Part shown: positions 40,181 to 53,567 of the stretch, in pieces
Layout of the letters: each line of letters begins with the position of its first letter
Position numbering within the stretch: position 1 is the stretch's first letter
Origin: Clostridiaceae bacterium M8S5
GTDB lineage: Bacteria; Bacillota; Clostridia; Tissierellales; MCWD3
Length of the DNA stretch: 64,000 nucleotides
Direction of reading: 5' to 3'
Assembly (NCBI GenBank): GCA_029227815.1
Contig: CP118523.1
Span: 4,395,500-4,459,499, forward strand
Translations under genes and position numbers: made by a program
The notes under the pieces: model-generated
What the model saw: the letters and a program-made list of their open reading frames with translations, nothing else
Told to the model about the DNA's origin: nothing
Database searches by the model: none

Positions 40181-40609
40181 CTTGAACACCTTTCCTGTAA
40201 TTTCTTTTTGTGTTTAATTACAAAATGTAATTTTTTAATATGTATTAAATAATTGAGAATTTTATGCCTAGAATTTTTTTATGAGTAACTATGGAATTGA
40301 ATTGCGTATATTTTAAATGTTATATATTATATTTTGTGCAATATAAATAAATTGTACTTTATATTTTAATGAAATGCAATGCTTATATCTACAATACTTA
40401 ATATTATATTTATTATATTAGTTATATTATTATTGTCTTTTCTTATCATTCGTCAACTAGAATAGTTATTTGTATAAACTTTTTTAAGTTATCTTATTAA
40501 ATGTAAGTATACAACATTTTTCATGCTAAATTTGTCAAAATCAATAATAGTCAAATAAAAGTAGCTAATTCTTATGAAAAGCTACTCTTTAATATGTATG
40601 CGTTATTAT

Positions 40610-41293
40610 TTATCTTTTATATAAAAATTTTTTTATTACTTTCTCTTGAGCCTTTGAATTTAATTCTAAAATTCTTTTTTTTATTTTATCTATTGCTTCA
40701 CTTTCATTAATATTATTAGCTTTTGTAAATACCTCTTCTTCGAAAAATTCTTCTACTCTTACAAATGTAGTCACCGGCCAGCCATACTCTCTGCCCTCTT
40801 TTGATATTTTATATTTCTGCCCACTTATAGTAATAAACATTTTCATTTGTAGTGTAGTAAGTGCTGTACTAAGTTTTTTACTCTCATCTTTATTAAAATG
40901 TGATTTTATCTCATGCAATGCTATATTTGGATTGCTACATATAATTTTATAAACTTTTTTAGCAATATTGCTAATTTTCCCATCACCATAACACTTATCA
41001 AATGATTCTCCACCACGTCTTACAGCTAAAAAGTACGGGTACCATTCTTTAGTAATCCAGCCTCCTTTATTAAAAAACAATTTACCGTATGCTATATCAC
41101 CACACTCCATAATACTTCTAATTCTCCATTTCCAAGGATCAGTTTCTTCATCATCAGTATGACTTTCGATGTTATCTCCATAATAGCTTGATAATGCAAA
41201 TATTCCTTCATCAATACTTCCTCCAAGAGAAAAGCCAGCTTTTCTAAGTTCACTACAGAAATCGTTAAAACAAGTGATGTTATTAATTTGCAT
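40610..41293 (-). CDS. Hypothetical soluble protein (227 aa); no confident family assignment
   Basis: Intact ORF with plausible codon usage; Trp/Tyr-rich motif WKWRIRSIMECGDIAYGKLFF. Confidence 0.4.
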   Translation of the reverse strand: MQINNITCFNDFCSELRKAGFSLGGSIDEGIFALSSYYGDNIESHTDDEETDPWKWRIRSIMECGDIAYGKLFFNKGGWITKEWYPYFLAVRRGGESFDKCYGDGKISNIAKKVYKIICSNPNIALHEIKSHFNKDESKKLSTALTTLQMKMFITISGQKYKISKEGREYGWPVTTFVRVEEFFEEEVFTKANNINESEAIDKIKKRILELNSKAQEKVIKKFLYKR

Positions 41294-41510
41294 ACCATTT
41301 ACACTCCTTTTTAATTGTTACTAGTTTAATTTTATTAATAAATTTATTACATGTCAATAATAGATGCCAATTATAGAAGCAGTTACAGATATTTAATTAT
41401 ATTTTTACTATTTTTTCAAAATTACGTATTGTATTACATTATTATTAGTATTATGTTATAATAGTCCTTGTGTTAAAACTAATAAATGAAAGAAAGGAAC
41501 TATTTCTAAT

Positions 41511-42062
41511 ATGGCAAGAGATTATAAACTTCTGAAATGGTCTGTAATTTTTATATTCATCAACGTAAAGATTCAGTTTATAAATATAACACCTAATATA
41601 TTGGGCTATATATTAATAGTAATTGCTTGTTCTAACTTATATTATGATACTAACGATAAGTTTTTCTTAAAATCTAAAAAAATAGCCAGTATATTGATTC
41701 TCGTTGACGTGATTATATTCTTTATAAACACTACTAGTCCGTCTTATATTATTTTGCAAACGATAGTATACAATATTTTAAGATTAATGTTATTTTACAA
41801 TATTTATAGTGGAACTATTGCTTTAGTCCATTCCAAATATGCGACTTTAACAATCAAATTGTTTAAAACACAAAAAACCTTGATATATTATTTTGTATTT
41901 CTGTCTATCCTATTTAGTCTAACTTTGTTTTCAAATAATAATGGTCTTACATTTGTACTCTTTTTTAGTATATTTTTTCGATTAGTTTTTGCATTATACT
42001 TAATGGTTGATTTCAATAATATAAAAGCCAAGTTGGAAGAATATGAAGCAACTAATCTATAA
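41511..42062 (+). CDS. Hypothetical polytopic membrane protein (183 aa)
   Basis: Five or six hydrophobic segments; no recognisable motif. Confidence 0.35.
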   Translation: MARDYKLLKWSVIFIFINVKIQFINITPNILGYILIVIACSNLYYDTNDKFFLKSKKIASILILVDVIIFFINTTSPSYIILQTIVYNILRLMLFYNIYSGTIALVHSKYATLTIKLFKTQKTLIYYFVFLSILFSLTLFSNNNGLTFVLFFSIFFRLVFALYLMVDFNNIKAKLEEYEATNL

Positions 42063-42180
42063 ATAATTATAAAGTATAAAAAAGATATCTTTTTGGATAG
42101 ATGTCTTTTTTATATCGTTTATTTGTACAGATTGTTATCTTTTTATGCACAATATAATATCAAAATTGGGTTATTACAAA

Positions 42181-42655
42181 AAAGTATCAAGGGTTTATAA
42201 GATGAAAGAAATACAAGGCATTAAAATGTTTTGTAAAGAACGTTGTACGTGAATTTTTTGATTTACAAAAAATAAGTAACCAAAAAACTAATAGGCGTTG
42301 TATGTCGAGTGAAGTGCAAGGAACATAAAAAATTCTAGTGAATGAGCGTACTAAGGACGTGATTGAACTAATTACTACCGAAAAGGGTTTATAAGAGGAA
42401 TGAGCATACTTAGTATGTATGACTTAAAAATTTTGATTTACAAAAAATAAGAAACCAAAAATTATCTATGATGAGTAAAGTGCAAGGAATAAAAAAATTT
42501 CAGTGAATGAGCGTATTTTAAGATACGTGATTGAACTAATTGCTACCGAAAAATCCCAAGGGTTAATAAGATGAGTGAAGTACAAGGCATTTAAATATTT
42601 TAGCGAGTGAGCGTACTTAGGTACGTGAATGAACTAAAAATTTAAATAACGCAGT
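42181..42655. repeat. Degenerate tandem repeat array (4-5 copies of an ~85-nt unit containing GAGTGAAGTGCAAGGAA...AGTGAATGAGCGTACttagGTACGTGATTGAACTAATTaCTACCGAAAA, with a recurring ~45-nt AT-rich spacer) immediately 3' of the 5S rRNA gene
   Basis: Read directly. Unit starts lie near 42307, 42471 and 42571, with partial copies at 42190 and 42385. The inner hairpin shows compensatory changes (CGTAC/GTACG versus CGTAT/ATACG). Confidence 0.6.
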
Positions 42656-42687
42656 AATTCGCCATCTTAGAAGGCAAACACAAAAAA

Positions 42688-42803
42688 ACTGGCGACGTCC
42701 TACTCTCCCAGGCAGTCTCCCACCAAGTACCATCAGCGCTAAGAGGCTTAACTTCCGTGTTCGGTATGGGAACGGGTGTGACCCTCTTGCTGTAATCACC
42801 AGA
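42688..42803 (-). rRNA. rrf: 5S ribosomal RNA
   Basis: The reverse complement reads TCTGGTGATTACAGCAAGAGGGTCACACCCGTTCCCATACCGAACACGGAAGTTAAGC...GAGAGTAGGACGTCGCCAG, a canonical 5S. Confidence 0.9.
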
Positions 42804-42855
42804 TTTAAAATAAAATATTAAGTTTGAAGTTAATACCTTCAAAACTACACAGAAA

Positions 42856-47716
<4,861 letters not shown>

Positions 47717-48380
47717 CAAAATAAAAATTTATCCTAAAGTTAATTTCTTAACTTTCTTACTCTTTTAACGAATTGACTTCGTTTTGTTTCTGGCTTTGCA
47801 CTGTTCAATTTTCAAGGTTCAACTTTGCTTACTGCTGTAAGCGACTTCTCTATAATATCATTTTTTTTCATTTTTGTCAAGGACTTATTTTTTTCGATAT
47901 TTTCTTTCGTCCTTGGCTGTTGTTGTTTTTGCCAACTTTTATAGTTTAACCGCATTTTGTGTTCTTGTCAATAGTTTATTGATATTTTTATAAAAAAATT
48001 TGTCTAATAACTTGCTACTGCTGATATATTGTCTTTTAACAGAATCTATATATCATCTTAAATTATTTGTAATATAAACTCTAATACAAAACCAATCCTG
48101 TCCCTATTTTTTTCTTAAACATATTTTTAGATTTTTATTACTTTATTTTAAATTCGTGTTAATCAATTTTATTTTAACATTTTCTTTTTATAGATTGCAT
48201 AAAAATATATAAACTTAATATCTGTAAACGAGTATCTATAAATATATTTCTAAATATGAATAAATAAAAATAGATGTGGTAAAACTTTTATTATTAAATT
48301 TTTTATAGTTTGTATAATTCTACTATTTTTAAAAATTGAATATTGCAACTGATTTGTTGCAAAACTGGTGGGAGGAACAT

Positions 48381-48968
48381 ATGAATTTAACTTTTAGCAA
48401 TAAGAAATCTAGTATTAACTCTAATTCAAATAATGCGATACACAAGTTTGGTAATATCATCTACGATTATTTATCGTGTCATTATACAGATTCTTACTCT
48501 GACTTAATTATACTTTGTATTGGTAGTGATAGATCAACGGGTGATAGTTTAGGTCCTATCGTAGGATATAATTTATCTAAATATCCATTGTCCAATTTTA
48601 TAGTTTTGGGTACTTTGCAAAATCCAGTTCATGCTAAAAACCTAAAGGAAACTATATGTTTTATTAAGCAACAATTTGTAAATCCATATGTTATTGCAAT
48701 AGATGCATGTTTGGGTAAGTTTGATAGAATAGGTTATATATCTTTAAATGAAGGTCCTCTACGTCCTGGAGCTGGCGTTAAAAAAGCATTGCCTGAAATA
48801 GGAAATGTTAATATTACTGGGGTCGTCAATATTGATGGTTTTATGGAATACACTATATTACAAAATACTAGACTGCATACTGTTGTTAAAATGGCAGATA
48901 TTATTTCAGCTTCTATCAAAAATGCTGTGTGGAAATACTCTAATGAACATGTTAAAAAAACACAATAA
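48381..48968 (+). CDS. yyaC: YyaC-family putative sporulation protease (GPR/HybD-like fold)
   Basis: Signature ILCIGSDRSTGDSLGPIVG; its location next to parB is conserved; a GGGAGG RBS precedes the ATG at 48381. Confidence 0.75.
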   Translation: MNLTFSNKKSSINSNSNNAIHKFGNIIYDYLSCHYTDSYSDLIILCIGSDRSTGDSLGPIVGYNLSKYPLSNFIVLGTLQNPVHAKNLKETICFIKQQFVNPYVIAIDACLGKFDRIGYISLNEGPLRPGAGVKKALPEIGNVNITGVVNIDGFMEYTILQNTRLHTVVKMADIISASIKNAVWKYSNEHVKKTQ

Positions 48969-48981
48969 CTATTTATTGTAT

Positions 48982-49245
48982 TTAGAATAATGGACTGTAT
49001 GATTTATGCGTTATCATATAGTCTATTTCTTTTATATCTTTTCCTTTTGCGTTTATAAGTAATATGCTATTAATATTGTTTTCACTACTGGAAATTTGAT
49101 TATAGTAGTTTATATCATAACCATCTGCTTCATATACAAATACATCATAATTGGTATCCTCTTTATCTACTATATTGTATCCTCTTTTTTTCAATTCTTC
49201 TTTAAGTTCGTATAAATTATTCTGTACAAATACATTTTTGGTCAA
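48982..49245 (-). CDS. UPF0180 (YkuS-like) small protein
   Basis: 87 aa; N-terminal pattern ..NLYELKEELKKRGYNIV and an ..NAKG.. motif resembling YkuS. Confidence 0.45.
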   Translation of the reverse strand: MTKNVFVQNNLYELKEELKKRGYNIVDKEDTNYDVFVYEADGYDINYYNQISSSENNINSILLINAKGKDIKEIDYMITHKSYSPLF

Positions 49246-49304
49246 AATAAAACACCTCCAATGGATATATAAAATATTATTATCCTTGGAGGTACTTTTT
49301 ATCC

Positions 49305-49817
49305 TTACTTTTTCGAGTTTCTTTTACTAGAAGCAATTTGTAAAGCTTCTGTTTCTTCTTTTGATAATGTGTATTTTGTCTCAGACCCTTTTACTGGTTT
49401 TCCATAAATACTACATCCATCTCTACCGTATAAACTAGTTATGATTACTCCGTCCAAATTGTCATCAAGCATAGCCAAAGAAAAACTTAGATCGCTTCCC
49501 ATGTCATCAAATGCGTTGTATCTAATTATGCCAACATTTTGAAGTGTTAATCTTAGTCGTTGGTCTAATTTCATACATTTTCCATCAACAACACGTAATT
49601 CTTCTTTCACACTGTTTACTTTTTCAAGATGTTCAAATAATACATCTTCTAGATTAACACTATCTACATCTTTTAATAAAAGATCGTATTTCTTTTTTAG
49701 CTTACTTATACGCATTTGGCTTGATAGCATTATTAATAACAATAAAACAGTTGTTATCATAAGAACAAATAAAATAGTATTATTATTGCTTTGGATAAAA
49801 TTTATTATATTGTCCAT
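49305..49817 (-). CDS. DUF4446 family protein (N-terminal TM plus coiled coil)
   Basis: 170 aa, in the typical position beside parB in Firmicutes; motif IIRYNAFDDMGSDLSFSLAMLD. Confidence 0.55.
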   Translation of the reverse strand: MDNIINFIQSNNNTILFVLMITTVLLLLIMLSSQMRISKLKKKYDLLLKDVDSVNLEDVLFEHLEKVNSVKEELRVVDGKCMKLDQRLRLTLQNVGIIRYNAFDDMGSDLSFSLAMLDDNLDGVIITSLYGRDGCSIYGKPVKGSETKYTLSKEETEALQIASSKRNSKK

Positions 49818-49908
49818 TAAGTATCTCCTTTATATTAAATTCTATACCTTTTTACTATATAATATTTATTTGCTCTATTCAAGTATTTATAGTAAGTTTA
49901 TGTGATTT

Positions 49909-51042
49909 TTAAAACTCATTTATTATTGACTTTATAGCTTTTATTGTATCATCTATTTCTTTATGTGTATTGAAAAAACCCAAGCTAAATCTTACTACTC
50001 CTTGTTCGAAAGTCCCTATAGTTTTATGCGCAAGCGGAGCACAATGTAATCCTGGTCTAGTGCATATTCCATACATGCTGTCTAATATAAAGCTAACCTC
50101 TGAAGAATCTCTGTTATCTATGTTTATTGGTATAACTGGTGCTCTATGTTCTTTAGGCCCATAGATAATAACCTCTTTTATCTTTTTGAGTTCTGTTATA
50201 AAATGCTCAGTTAACTCTGTTTCGTGTCTTCTTATATTTTCCATCCCAGTTTCTTTTATGAAACTAACTCCTTCACCTAAACCTATAATCCCAGGAGCAT
50301 TTGGAGTCCCACTTTCATATCTATCGGGTAACATTATTGGTTGATATAGTTCGTTTGACTTACTACCAGTTCCACCTTCTTTTAATTGTGTTATATCTAG
50401 ACCATCTCTAATATAAAGTCCTCCCGTTCCTTGTGGCCCTAACAAACTTTTATGTCCTGGAAATGCTAATATATCTATCCCTTTTCTGACATCTATATCA
50501 TATACGCCTGCAGTTTGTGCAGCATCTACCATATATAATACTCCACATTCTTTTGCTATTTTTGCTATATCGTATATAGGCATAATACTACCTACAACAT
50601 TTGAAGCATGTGTAGTTATAATCATTTTCGTGTTTCTTTTGATATTATCTTTTATATTCTCTATATCGAGTACTCCATAATTATCACAATTTACAATGGT
50701 TGTTTCTATATTCTTATCTTTTAATGCCATAAGTGGTCTTAAAACTGAATTATGCTCCATGCTTGTTGTTATAACATGGTCTCCTTCTTTTAATATACCT
50801 TTTATACCGAGATTTAAACTATCAGTAGCGTTATGAGTAAAAATAATATTCATTGGGTCTTTTACTTTGAATAAATCAGCTATTATTTCTCTTGCCTCAT
50901 ATATACCTCTTCCTGCTTTCATTGCTAGTTTATGTCCTGATCTGCCCGGGTTAGCTCCATATTTAGTCATTACCTGCAAAATTGTATTATATACTCTTTC
51001 AGGCTTTGGAAATGATGTTGCTGCATTATCTAAATATATCAT
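49909..51042 (-). CDS. Class-V aminotransferase-fold PLP enzyme: cysteine desulfurase / selenocysteine lyase family
   Basis: N-terminal YLDNAATSFPKP, a PLP-lysine region (GHKSLLGPQGTG) and an active-site Cys loop near GICTRPGLHCAP. Confidence 0.7.
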   Translation of the reverse strand: MIYLDNAATSFPKPERVYNTILQVMTKYGANPGRSGHKLAMKAGRGIYEAREIIADLFKVKDPMNIIFTHNATDSLNLGIKGILKEGDHVITTSMEHNSVLRPLMALKDKNIETTIVNCDNYGVLDIENIKDNIKRNTKMIITTHASNVVGSIMPIYDIAKIAKECGVLYMVDAAQTAGVYDIDVRKGIDILAFPGHKSLLGPQGTGGLYIRDGLDITQLKEGGTGSKSNELYQPIMLPDRYESGTPNAPGIIGLGEGVSFIKETGMENIRRHETELTEHFITELKKIKEVIIYGPKEHRAPVIPINIDNRDSSEVSFILDSMYGICTRPGLHCAPLAHKTIGTFEQGVVRFSLGFFNTHKEIDDTIKAIKSIINEF

Positions 51043-51229
51043 TTATTCGCCTCCATATTTTTTTACTCTTTACTATCATATTCTATCAATAATAAAATAT
51101 CAATAGCTTTTGTGTTCAATATATTCTATTATATGTATAATCAACATTGAAAATTTTTATAAAATAAAAAAAGAAGCATTGTTATAGCAATAAGCTAACG
51201 CCTCTTTTTTCTCTAGTATTATTTTGTTA

Positions 51230-52000
51230 TTATTCTTTAATATAGCATATATAATAAACCATTGGCACTATTATAGCTCCACCAATCAAATTTCCAATAG
51301 TAACTGGTATTAAATTATTAGTCCACATTTCAACCCAAGTAAATCCTGCACCTACTAACTTTCCCATTGGTATAAAAAACATATTTGCAACAGAATGCTC
51401 AAAACCTGATAATACAAATAGCATTATTGGGAACCAGCATGTGAAAATTTTCCCTATAACATCTGTTGATGCTGTTGATATCCATACTGCTAATACTACT
51501 ACTATGTTACATAATATACCTCTAGTAATACATTCTACTAATGTTAAATTTACTTTAGCGGTTGCTATTGCTTTAATATTATCTCCCACTAAACCTGCAT
51601 ACAAATTCGTTTTACTAAATATTAATGCTAGTAATACAGATCCTATGAAATTACCTATATAAACTAATATCCAGTTTTTTAACATTTTATTAAGGGATAT
51701 CTTTTTACTCATGAGTGCAATTGTCATAGTGTTGTTTCCAGTGAATAATTCTGCTCCTGCTAATATTACTAACATTAAACCTACTGGAAATACTGATGCA
51801 CCTACAAATTTTGCAAAACCCGCATCAAATTTTCCTAGCGATTGTGTCACTACTAAATATCCATGTGCTCCAAAACCTATAAATGCTCCTGCAAATATAC
51901 CTAACAATATCATCTTTATGCTTGATAATTTTGATTTTTTTACAGAAGTTTCAATTGTTTTATTCGCTATCTCTCTTGGAGTTAATAGCGGTTTTCTCAT
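51230..52000 (-). CDS. focA: Formate/nitrite transporter family channel (FocA-like)
   Basis: FNT-family TM pattern (FAGAFIGFG, GAELFTGN). An AGGGGGA RBS precedes the second in-frame ATG at 52000. Confidence 0.75.
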   Translation of the reverse strand: MRKPLLTPREIANKTIETSVKKSKLSSIKMILLGIFAGAFIGFGAHGYLVVTQSLGKFDAGFAKFVGASVFPVGLMLVILAGAELFTGNNTMTIALMSKKISLNKMLKNWILVYIGNFIGSVLLALIFSKTNLYAGLVGDNIKAIATAKVNLTLVECITRGILCNIVVVLAVWISTASTDVIGKIFTCWFPIMLFVLSGFEHSVANMFFIPMGKLVGAGFTWVEMWTNNLIPVTIGNLIGGAIIVPMVYYICYIKE

Positions 52001-52108
52001 AAATATTCCCCCTTGCATTTTGTATACAGTAAAGCATTAACGCTTTACCAAGTTCTAGTGTTTTTTAGACATTTATAAATATTCAATACTTTTATAGAAT
52101 ATCATATA

Positions 52109-52939
52109 TTAAGTATCTTTGTTAAGTTTAAATTTTCTATCAATTAATATATTGCCACTTTGTGTGTATACATTCATTTTGTTACCTCTCGCAAAACCAA
52201 TTAATGTTAAATTTAAAGATTTTGCTATCTCTATAGATAGATTTGTTGGAGCTGATTTTGAAACCACAGCAGGTATGTTTATTTTGGCTGCTTTTATCAC
52301 CATATCAGATGATAATCTGCCACTTGTAACTATATATTTGTCTTTGACCTCTAAATCATTCAATATTATATATCCTATTATTTTATCTATTGCATTATGT
52401 CTACCTATATCTTCTTCAAAAACTATTATTCTATCATCGATGCATAAACCACAACTATGAACGCCCCCTGTTTCTTTAAATAGTTGAGATTGAGTTGTGA
52501 ATTTTTTCATAACTCTACTAACTTTACTATTATTTATAATAATGTTACTTGTATTTATTTTTGAATTAAATGAATCTAGCTCATTATAAAAAATTGTACC
52601 TTTACCACACGACGATGTTATAGTTTTTTTAGAGTATAATTTATAACTAAACTCTTTAAGTGATACATATATTAACCCCTTCTCTTCTAATATATTTATA
52701 GCTAAAATATCGCTTTTTTTCTTTATTAATTCCTCTACAAAAATATACCCAACGGTTAGATATTTTATAGATTTTGGAGTACATAATAAAGTTACAATCT
52801 CTTTATCATTTACAAATATAGTATATGGTTTTTCAACGATGATTTCATCTTCTTTAAATATTGATCTATTTTTATTAATCTCCAAAATCTTGTATTTTAC
52901 TTTTGTTTTCATCACTTGACCTCTACTTTTATTTGGCAT
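52109..52939 (-). CDS. fdhD: Formate dehydrogenase accessory sulfurtransferase FdhD
   Basis: Conserved Cys-containing segment (SSCGKGT..) and a C-terminal SGRLSSDMV; 276 aa. Confidence 0.8.
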   Translation of the reverse strand: MPNKSRGQVMKTKVKYKILEINKNRSIFKEDEIIVEKPYTIFVNDKEIVTLLCTPKSIKYLTVGYIFVEELIKKKSDILAINILEEKGLIYVSLKEFSYKLYSKKTITSSCGKGTIFYNELDSFNSKINTSNIIINNSKVSRVMKKFTTQSQLFKETGGVHSCGLCIDDRIIVFEEDIGRHNAIDKIIGYIILNDLEVKDKYIVTSGRLSSDMVIKAAKINIPAVVSKSAPTNLSIEIAKSLNLTLIGFARGNKMNVYTQSGNILIDRKFKLNKDT

Positions 52940-53567
52940 TATGAATATATATGTTCAAATCTTCTTTTGTGTTTAAATTTATAAACATACTTAGGTCGTT
53001 ACTATAGTTTCTTGCTACTTTTTCTTCTATATATTCACATTTTATTTTTTTTACAAATGAATGTATTGAATTGCTATTTTTTAAAATATGTTCTTCTAAC
53101 TGAGTGAGTATGGATACATTATAGAAAGAGTTTAATGGCTCTATCCACTTTCCGTTTTTTGTTATACATGCGCTTATATCTTTACTGCAAATTCTTCTTT
53201 TCATAAATCTAATGTATTTTAGATTTATATTTGGCATATCACATGCTATAAAATATACGTATTTACTCTTTGCTTCTTTTAATCCTTTGTGTATACCACT
53301 TAAAGGTCCTTTTCCTATAATTTCATCTCTATATATTCTTATATTTTTATTTTTATTGTAATTTGGTTTATTTGTAATGATTATTATATCATTGAATTCG
53401 TCTTGAAGCTTACTTGATATGGTATCCAGTAACCTAACATTGTTTATTTTTAATGTTTGTTTATCAAATCCCATTCTTTTGCTTTTTCCTCCAGCCAATA
53501 TAACACATGTGCCAAAATCATCACTCATAAATAATCCCTCTTCATGTATATTCGTATATGTTAACAA
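52929..53567 (-). CDS. mobA: Molybdenum cofactor guanylyltransferase (MobA-like)
   Basis: N-terminal VILAGGKSKRMGFDK nucleotide-binding motif; 212 aa. Confidence 0.75.
   Translation of the reverse strand: MLTYTNIHEEGLFMSDDFGTCVILAGGKSKRMGFDKQTLKINNVRLLDTISSKLQDEFNDIIIITNKPNYNKNKNIRIYRDEIIGKGPLSGIHKGLKEAKSKYVYFIACDMPNINLKYIRFMKRRICSKDISACITKNGKWIEPLNSFYNVSILTQLEEHILKNSNSIHSFVKKIKCEYIEEKVARNYSNDLSMFINLNTKEDLNIYIHNAK

Noticed and set aside
42181-42655. Considered whether the tandem repeats are a CRISPR array, degenerate tRNA genes or 5S pseudogenes
   Set aside because: The units are ~85 nt, with a shared spacer rather than unique spacers. They have no cloverleaf potential and no similarity to the adjacent 5S sequence.
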